Shown in pieces: positions 55,362-64,000 of a stretch of 64,000 nt of DNA; positions within the stretch are counted from its first letter, which is position 1, and the number at the start of each line of letters is the position of its first letter. The position numbers and the translations under genes were made by a program. Below the pieces are notes generated by a model, which saw only the letters and a list, made by a program, of their open reading frames with translations, made no database searches and was not told the origin of the DNA. The stretch lies in assembly GCA_951406725.2 (NCBI GenBank), contig OX597824.1:63488001-63552000 (forward strand), in the 5' to 3' direction. The stretch is from Octopus vulgaris. Lineage: Eukaryota.

Positions 55362-55652
55362 TCTTGTTGTTGTTTGTTCCTTCTCGATCCATGCCTGGAT
55401 CATAAAGGCCTGGATCATAAAGGCCTGTCCCCCGTTCCATTGGTGCACACAGTCCCCACCTAGACGGGGCGCGTGCCCGTCACAGGTGACCTGGTAGATG
55501 CAGGAGGAGAAAGTAAGAGAAAGCTGTGGCGAAAGAGACAGCAGAAGTTTGCCATTACTTTCTGTCGGAGCTGCGTTGAGCTTAGGTGGGACTGAATCCG
55601 GAACAATGTGGTTGGGAACCAGTTTCCTTGCCACACAGCCGCTCCTGCTCCT
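55362..55652 (-). mobile_element. Chimeric SINE: family A head joined to a family C-type body with a (CAA)n tail
   Basis: GGAGCGGCTGTGTGG...GATTCAGTCCCA|CCTAAGCTCAACG...CCTGTGACGGGCACGCGCCCCGTCTAGG...GAGAAGGAACAAACAAC. Confidence 0.7.
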
Positions 55653-55660
55653 ATATATAT

Positions 55661-55755
<95 letters not shown>

Positions 55756-55769
55756 CACACATATATATA

Positions 55770-55817
<48 letters not shown>

Positions 55818-55904
55818 CATACATATATATATATGTATATATATATATATGTATATATTATTATATATATATATATATACACGTGCTTAATCTATGAACA
55901 TAGG

Positions 55905-56333
55905 CTCAGGCGTAGCTGAGTGGTTTCCAAACAACATGGTTCCAGGTTCTGTCCCACTACGATGCAGTATGAGCGAATGCCTTCAACTATCGCCTCGGCC
56001 CGACCAAAGGTAGAGGGAAACTGAAGGAAGCCCATCATATATATACAGGGTGGCCCAAAAGTAGGTTTAGTTATTCAACTGGCTCTTTTTCATTCAGATA
56101 TTAACAATTTAGATCTTAATTACAATAAAATATGAAACTATTATTCTATGCTATTAGTTAATTTTAGGAAGCTCCCTTTTCAGTTTGCAAGATAGAAATT
56201 GCAATGTAATAAAATGTTTTAAAAGAATATTAAAGTGCCTACGTGATAACTTTATATCTACTTTTGGTCCACCTTGTATGCATATATGTGTGTGTGTGTG
56301 TGTATATGTATGCATGTATAGGTAGGTTTTGAC

Positions 56334-56396
<63 letters not shown>

Positions 56397-56635
56397 CATT
56401 TGCGTCTTTTACGTCAGTATTTTTCCAACACCACCACTTGACAACCGGTGTTGGTGTGTTGACGTTCCCACAGCTTGTTGCGTCGGCAAAAGATACCGAT
56501 AGAATAAGTACCTGGCTTAATAAAATGAGAAATTCGAAGTGGTCGATACGCATTCGACTAAAATTCTTTAATGCAGTTCTCCAGGATGACCTGAACCTCA
56601 TGACTAAAACAGTAAACTTGAACAAGAGAAGATAT
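55905..56635 (+). mobile_element. SINE family A interrupted by a MITE and microsatellites
   Basis: Head 55905-56035; 3' module 56400-56635. Confidence 0.8.
56046..56276. mobile_element. Tc1-type MITE with TA target duplication
   Basis: TA-CAGGGTGGCCCAAAAGTAG...CTACTTTTGGTCCACCTTG-TA. Confidence 0.88.
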
Positions 56636-56839
56636 AAAACATGCCTCTGAATGTGCATATTCCTAGCACAAAACGTCAATATTCGTAGTTTCAATGAATA
56701 CCTTATTTGAAATATGGGTTAATGAATCGAATTAATGTTGAGATAAATGATAAATTACTTTGTGTAGAATTGCTACACGCATCGAGCAATAATTGCTTCA
56801 AATATTTCGAAAAAAATATTTTCTACTATAGGTACAAGT

Positions 56840-57145
56840 ACTAAAATTTGGGCGAAGGGATTAGTCGATTACATCGCCTTCGGTGTTTCAGAAGTACTTG
56901 ATTTATCGATCCCGAAAAGATGAAAGGAAAATGTGAAAGCAGACGAAATACGGCTAAACTTGGATAACTTGGATATTTACTAATATATACGAAGGGCTTC
57001 TTTGAGCTTCCGTGTACCAAATCCACTCACAAGGCTTCGGTTGAACTGAGACTACTGTAGAAAACACTTGGCCAAGGTGCCATGCAGTGAGACTGAGCCT
57101 GGAATCATGTGGTTGAGAAGCAATCTTCTTACCACATGTCCACAC
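56840..57145 (-). mobile_element. Adjacent SINE family B (56840-56955) and family A (56985-57145) fragments
   Basis: Shared modules as above. Confidence 0.8.
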
Positions 57146-57351
57146 TTTGAGAAAGATTTGTCGGCTATATTTAACATGTTGGAGGACACATGTAGCAAGT
57201 TACGCTGTATATGTATTTTATGGCATGATTGGCGTAATATAATCTTTGCCCTTCCTGGCCGCGTTTAATAATGTCATATAGTAGACTAACAGATTCATGC
57301 TACGCGGAATACTAAGTCATGTATCTCCGCTCTATTGATGCTATCCTCTCT

Positions 57352-57409
<58 letters not shown>

Positions 57410-57884
57410 AATATATATATATATATATTCTTGACCACAATCAATAAAGTCATGGAAGTTATTACGACTGCTATAATTCCTCCTCTGAAAAAGCCATTAA
57501 CAGGAACACTGATAGTATGTGATGCCATCTTGCGATGGTTTAATGATAGTTTAGTTTATGGTTAATAATACAAGGGAACGACATTTAATTCTGTTCCCTG
57601 GACGCTAACGTTCAATCAGCTATCAAATTTCATGTTCGATTACCACTACACACCTGATGTATTACCATTACACACAAACACATCTCTTTCTTTTTTTCTC
57701 TCTCCATATATATAAGCATATATATTTGTGTATACATATGGATATGTATGCGCACACATACACACGTACGTTCATACATACACACACACACATACACACA
57801 TACATACATACATACATACATACATACAAACATACATACATACATACATGCATACATACATACATACATACATACATACATACA

Positions 57885-57919
<35 letters not shown>

Positions 57920-58066
57920 GCTGTATGTCTAAATTCGTTTTTTATGCAATTAACTTTTATGTCGGTTTGTAAATGAAATAGGTTATTGTAAATATGCCAT
58001 GGAGAGTATAACGGTCGCCACCACCGACACCAACATACCCATCAAAACAACAATAACAACACAATC

Positions 58067-58198
58067 AAGAAGAAGAAGAAGAAGAAGAAGAAGAAGAAGA
58101 AGAAGAAGAAGAAGAAGAAGAAGAAGAAGAAGAAGAAGAAGAAGAAGAAGAAGAAGAAGAAGAAGAAGAAGAAGAAGAAGAAGAAGAAGAAGAAGAAG
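58067..58198. repeat. Pure (GAA)n tract
   Basis: Directly visible. Confidence 0.97.
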
Positions 58199-58199
58199 G

Positions 58200-58412
58200 T
58201 TCTTTCCGCTAAAGGATAAACTCTAGAAATTTTGATAGGGGACCTAATCGACTACATCAGCACCATTGTTCACCGTGTACTTATTATATCGACCTCGAGA
58301 GGATGAAAGGGAACGTAAATCAGAGCGGAATTCGAACTCAAAATGAAATGACAGACAAAATGCCGCCAAGCATTATGTCTCTGCGTAGTAACGATTCTAC
58401 CAGCTCCCAGCC
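58200..58412 (-). mobile_element. SINE family B copy, degenerate
   Basis: GGATGAAAGG...GCGGAATTCGAACTCA...AACGATTCTACCAGCTC. Confidence 0.75.
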
Positions 58413-58484
58413 TTAATAGTAATAATAATGATAGACTCTTCTGTTGAAGACGAAGTATGATAATAATGATGATGATAATAATAA

Positions 58485-58590
58485 AAGCCATTAAAACCAC
58501 AGCACACACTCAAGGCACATAGAGCTGCGCTCGGTAATGCAATAAAAGCACGTGACAAAATTAAGTCATACTGAACAATAATAATAATAA
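58485..58590 (+). mobile_element. Isolated 3' UTR of R4/Dong family B
   Basis: CACAGCACAC..CAAGGCACA.AGAGCTGCGCTCGGTA matches the reverse complement of ~27044-27120; ends in (TAA)n. Confidence 0.85.
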
Positions 58591-58614
58591 GGAGCTATAA
58601 CAATCATTATGCTC

Positions 58615-59031
58615 TATACCACAGATTTTCTTGTAAGTTGCTTGACCATAACCAGTTGATAATGTCCCTTAGTGGCTGACGATTTGTGCATTTCTGATCA
58701 CGAGCAGAAATAGTGGGGGATTTTCATGGCTATGAATTTTGGTGGGGTTGGATAACTCACGTTTGGAAACTTGGGTATTTTATTCAACATCCTTAAACAA
58801 CCCTTATTCAGGGACCTTTTGAGCGGGATGGGCTATACGACCTGAAGAAACTGAGCCCCACCTGCAAGGTCATGCGCTGTTTATCTTGATATGAGATCAC
58901 TATGTCGCACACATATTGTTGTGATGCATGTGCCTGGTGTGCCCTTATCTAACAGTATTCCTGATGGGTATACTGGGCTTCGTATATTTTACTTCAGTGT
59001 CACTTTGAAGACATGCACTGCTCTCTCACTC
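58615..59031 (+). mobile_element. Non-coding element X, 5'-truncated, (AAT)n tail
   Basis: Reverse complement of 21990-22430. Confidence 0.9.
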
Positions 59032-59072
<41 letters not shown>

Positions 59073-59074
59073 TG

Positions 59075-59166
<92 letters not shown>

Positions 59167-59189
59167 AAGAAGAAGAAGAAGAAGAAGAA

Positions 59190-59382
59190 TGATCTTTTCA
59201 ACTAAAGGCACAAGACCTGACATTTTGAGAGAGGAGGATAGTCGATTACATACTCAAATTGTATTTATTTCATCGACCCTGAAATGATGAAAGGCAAAGT
59301 CGATCTCGCGGAATTTGAACTCAGAACGTAATGATATCGGACAAAAATGCTAAACATTCTGTCCGGCGTGCTAACGATTCAA
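59190..59382 (-). mobile_element. SINE family B copy
   Basis: Reverse family B body. Confidence 0.8.
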
Positions 59383-59410
59383 ATAATAATAATAATAATA
59401 ATAATAATAA

Positions 59411-59650
59411 TCGTTTCTTTATTGGTCACAAAGGCTGGGGAAAACATTTATGATAGTACCAAAAGAATACAAAGACAAAGGACAGTGGGTTATTTACATA
59501 AAAACTTCGAAACAATTAAAATAATAACGTCCAGATATTTTCAACAAAGGAATTCTGTGTCTTGTGGAGAATACGCTACCACGTGGTTACCAAGGGACCC
59601 CACGTGGCCTGAACAATCCTACTCCATAAGGAAGATTAATGTGGCCATGG
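59411..59650 (-). mobile_element. Tx1-like 3' UTR fragment ending in (ATT)n
   Basis: Tail CTGTCCTTTGTCTTTGTATT...AGCCTTTGTGACCAATAAAGAAACG(ATT)n resembles 47579-47650. Confidence 0.55.
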
Positions 59651-60133
59651 ACCTATTACAAATTTGTTGTTTTCTTTAGGAAATCTTTTCGATGTGTTGA
59701 TATATCTAATGTATACTTCTAGTGTATATGATAATTCTAATATATATTTGTTTTAAATATCAAATGTTTATATGAGTATGTTCGTGAGTGAGTGTGTGAG
59801 GCATCAAATTTATATTTGTATTGCATATCATATTTCTTTGTGTTGTATATTTGATGCGTATATCTTTTGTATATTTGATATGTGTTGATGTAGTGTATCT
59901 AAAGTGTTTCTACTGTATATAGAATGTGTCTTTTGTATATGAAATAAGTATACGTGTTTATATTAAATAAATATTTATTGGTATATCTAATGAGTATTTG
60001 TGTAGTATATTAAATGTGTTTATATAATATCCATACACACACACTCACATACATACTCACACAAATATACAAACACACACACTTATGCACTCGCGCACAC
60101 TCGCATACACAAATGTGTATATATACATATATG

Positions 60134-60171
<38 letters not shown>

Positions 60172-60176
<5 letters not shown>

Positions 60177-60804
60177 TTAGAGATAAAACCACTATTAGGC
60201 AAATCAAACAATGAAAAACTTAAGCCAATACATAAAATTAATTAATTTATATTATTTTAAATATATATAAAAAATATCAAAAGTTTAATAAAAGATAATG
60301 AGTAAAACACTACGATCGTTTCATGGCTGTCCAATTCGTAATAATTCGAGTTATGGTTACAGTTAATCTTCAGGTAATTGAAATATCTAAAATATAATCA
60401 GAAATATTTAAACAATATTTTTAAGATATAAATAATATAATAATTTTACTTATGATAAACTCTATTATCAGACTAGAAACATAGAACTTAACAATTATGA
60501 TTATATCAAAATCGACTATAATGTTAAATATTAATTTTAATTTATAAGGTAGGAAACTCACCCATTATCTAATATCGGTATTAGTCTATAACTAATTACA
60601 TAAATATTTAAAAATGACTAATATATATAAATTATCAATGAAAATATATAAATGTATATAGATATTATAATTAAGATCTAAAATAATCTCTGTAAATAAA
60701 TGTATATGCACATATAATAAAAACCTAATAAATTTAATTTTTCATATTTAAAGATGAAATAGCTAATTTCAAAATACAAATAAACAAACTTAAACGAACT
60801 TTCA

Positions 60805-60808
<4 letters not shown>
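60172..60808 (-). mobile_element. AT-rich Penelope-like fragment between (TA)n tracts, carrying a hammerhead-like motif at ~60308-60378
   Basis: Minus strand CUGAAGA-[stem II]-GAAAC-GAUC-GUA. Confidence 0.55.
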
Positions 60809-60840
<32 letters not shown>

Positions 60841-61417
60841 GTTAAGGTTTTAATGTGAAGGGATCTCAATATTCAAGCTCGCGTCATGGAATATAGGGAA
60901 TGGCTAAGCAAATAGCGACTTCCGTATTATGGAAAAATGAAATATTCCAACATCAATTATGGACATTTTGAACATTAGGGAGGAAACGCTCTCCGCTTGC
61001 ATGCACAAGAAACAATTCATAATTCGAAATTTCAAGCATTACCTCCACTCTCTCTTCCATCCTTCCGATCAAGGTTAATTTGGGGTCATCGATTATATGA
61101 GCATTATGTTCTATATGTACATTATACATCGGAGTCATATACACAATTTAGAACATATCCATGACTTCACATAATTCCCTGGAAAAACATATATATATAT
61201 ATATATATATGTGTATGTGTGTGTGTGTGTGTGTGTAGTGTGTGTGTGTGTGTGTGTATGTGTGTGTGTATGCATGTATGTATGTATAAATATAAATATA
61301 TATATATATTTATATATTTATACATACATGCATACACACACATATATATATATACATATATATATATTATATATATATGTATATATAATTATATATATAC
61401 ATATACATACATACATG

Positions 61418-61496
<79 letters not shown>

Positions 61497-61499
61497 TTA

Positions 61500-61715
61500 T
61501 GAGCTGGCAGAAACGTTAGCGCGCCGGGCGAAATGCGTAGCTGTATTTCGTATGCCGTTACCTTCTGGGTTCAAATTCCGCCGAGGTCGACTTTGCCTTT
61601 CATCCTTTCGGGGTCGATAAATTAAGTACCAGTTACGTACTGGGATCGATATTATCGATTCAACCCGTTTGTCTGTCATCTCTATGTTTAGCTCCTTGTG
61701 GGTAGTAAAGAAATA
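61500..61715 (+). mobile_element. SINE family B copy, well conserved
   Basis: GAGCTGGCAGAAACGTTAG...GGGTAGTAAAGAAATA. Confidence 0.92.
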
Positions 61716-61749
61716 TATATATATACATATATATATATTTATATATATA

Positions 61750-62046
61750 TGGTTAGGGCAGCGGACTTGCGGTCATAGGATCGCGGTTTCGATTCCCAGA
61801 CCGGGCGTTGTGAGTGTTTATTGAGCGAAAACACCTAAAGCTCCACTTCCTGTTTCTGTTGTACCTGTATTTCAAAGGGCCGGCCTTGTCATTCTCTGTG
61901 TCACGCTGAATATCCCCGAGAACTACGTTAAGGGTACACGTGTCTGTGGAGTGCTCAGCCACTTACACGTTAATTTCACGAGCAGGCTGTTCCGTTGATT
62001 CGGATCAACCGGAACCCTCGTCGCCGTAACCGACGGAGTGCTTCCA
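61750..62046 (+). mobile_element. SINE family C (tRNA-derived head)
   Basis: TGGTTAGGGCAGCGGACTTGCGG...GGTTTCGATTCCC tRNA-like head; GC-richer body. Confidence 0.8.
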
Positions 62047-62083
62047 TGTATATATAATCATATATATACATATACATACATAC

Positions 62084-62156
<73 letters not shown>

Positions 62157-62162
62157 TAAATT

Positions 62163-62211
<49 letters not shown>

Positions 62212-62214
<3 letters not shown>

Positions 62215-62418
62215 AACATCGCATCATTGGCCGTGGCTTCTTTCAGTATTGCAACAACTTCGCAGCCTGGCGGCATGACGCTCCATTCTGCCTTCACTCT
62301 TCCCCTCAATGTGGCATCATCTGACACACCCATGTCCAACTTGCAAGTCTTCCGGAAAAAGCATTGGTGTTAAAGATCTGCCTTCTAATTGTTTGGGACG
62401 AATGCACAATGGCTCAAA
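62212..62418 (+). mobile_element. Helitron PIF1-type helicase fragment
   Basis: [31 protein letters not shown] then, after a frameshift, LIVWDECTMA; matches PIF1 motifs Ia/Ib/II (AVASSGIAA, GGRTAHS, WDE). Confidence 0.85.
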
Positions 62419-62419
62419 A

Positions 62420-63076
62420 TTGGTTTCGGCCGAGAAAATATCATTCTTCCCCTGCTCTAGGGACCAATTCTGTCGGATTGTACTCAACTGTAAATGCTTT
62501 GCAACGTTTTTTTTTTAAAGTAGTGGTCTTTTGATTACAGCCCTCCCGTGAAACCCGGCTTCGTGCAACTCCCGGCGAACAGTTTTTGTGGAAACTGGGT
62601 TCTCGGGGTGGTCATTAAGCTCTGCAGTAATTTTGAGAGCTGTACTTGTGTGATCCTTCCTAACAATTCCTGTAAGAGTCCGACAGTTCCTATCTGAAAG
62701 TTTTGGTTTTCTTCCGGAGTTTTGCTTCGACGAGGAGGTTTTCCCCCTTTCACAAAGGCTGTCATTACTTTGGAGACAGTATGTCTTGATACACCAAACA
62801 TTTCGTCTGTTTTCGTTTCGCTAGCGCCTGCCATACGAGCATCAAGAATTTGACCTCTTTGAAAGTCCGATAGATCTGTCATTTTAATGAATTTTAAATA
62901 ACCTTTTTCTGATGATATTTGAAAAGAAACAGCAATTTTAGCAAAACATAGTAAGCAATAGTAATAATAAATAAAAAAAAAACCATAAAAATAAATAAGC
63001 TTTTGAAGGTTTTATGGATACTTCAAAATTATGATGCAATGATGCTAGGTGTTTCCATTATTTTGTCCACCTCTTG
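62420..63076 (-). mobile_element. Tc1-type transposon, 5' half (left TIR and HTH region up to the first catalytic motif)
   Basis: TA-CAAGAGGTGGACAAAATAATGGAAACACC TIR; MTDLSDFQRGQI...GVSRHTVSKV, then frameshifted SGRKPKLSDR...VSTKTVRRELHEAGFHGR...IFSAETNF (FSDE-like). Confidence 0.92.
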
Positions 63077-64000
63077 TATAAATGTGCTTAATAACGTACG
63101 TAACGGGCGCGCAAACACACACTCACAGACACATACACATTCATATTCAAATTGTGACGATACGCACACTTTCACTCGCACATACTGTCACATACATATA
63201 ATAAGAGAGACACATGCAGCAATACATTCACGCATGTCAGTCGTCACACGTATATATGTATGTCTAGATGTGTGCGTTTGTATGTTTAATAACGAACCTA
63301 ACGCGGAAACACACACACAATCAGAGAGACATACACACTCATACACCTAAATACATACACACTCAGAGACACATATACACTCGTATGTGTGACGTCGTCG
63401 TCGTCGGGTATAAAATGTCCTTTACTATCTCGTACGTATCGAACGCGGAAACACACCCACATAAACTGAAACAATATAATAGTCTTATAACATTAGAATT
63501 AAAAGTGAAAGAATAAAAGTGAAATAATATTATATCACGTAAGGAAGTTAATTTGTAGACAGAAGTTACAAAACCCATATCAGCGTATAAAGCTGTAGAA
63601 AAAATGGGTTAGAGAAAAAACTCGAGCCACTTTAGGATATCTTTTTCTAACGCATGAACGCTCAGTGGCGTGGTTGAATTCTCATTGGTTAGTAATGAAG
63701 GCTTATCGGCTGTATCACAACGGTTTTCGATAGAGGGAGAAATGTAAATAGTGTAGTTAAATAGACGGAGTGTAAATAATTTAAAATAAGTATAGTAATG
63801 TTTTAGTGAGAACATGCAAATAGCGTGAATACAAAGATATTTACGGACGACCGAGAGAGAGAGTAACTGAGTTAGTGAGTGAGTGAGTGAGTGAGTGAAT
63901 GAAACAGACATAGACTCAAAGAGAGGAAGTATTGCAGAAGGTGTGAGAAAGAGAAGAGATAAATAAACAGAGAAAGAAAAGGGAGAGAATCACTTGAAAA

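Noticed and set aside
61750-61805. tRNA gene
   Set aside because: tRNA-like head of a SINE with no complete acceptor stem or terminator; the same applies to the other SINE heads

Overview
AT-rich eukaryotic non-coding DNA, probably intergenic or deep-intronic. I infer it comes from an octopus (cephalopod) genome, based on recall of the SINE families and the extreme microsatellite load; this was not verified by any search. No host protein-coding gene, rRNA, intact tRNA or CRISPR array can be supported, and nearly all listed ORFs are translations of microsatellites or repeats. The recognisable content is decayed mobile DNA. (1) A ~9 kb pile-up (21.8-31.0 kb) of R4/Dong-type RLE non-LTR retrotransposons from at least four families, plus a ~530-600 bp non-coding element, all seated in (TAA)n tracts. 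(2) A separate RLE fragment in (ATAC)n. (3) L1/Tx1-type and RTE-type fragments. (4) Three tRNA-headed SINE families, one of which shares its 3' tail with the Tx1-type elements and forms head+(body-tail)n multimers. (5) Several degenerate hammerhead-ribozyme-like motifs of Penelope type near (TA)n tracts. (6) Tc1, mariner and pogo-like remnants, MITEs and Helitron pieces. Structures not explained by these elements: a ~900 bp array of phased TAATTA motifs (~24 bp unit), a 151 bp direct repeat, a 494 bp-period tandem duplication and an old inverted duplication at the window start. Coordinates of degenerate elements are approximate and were read by eye.
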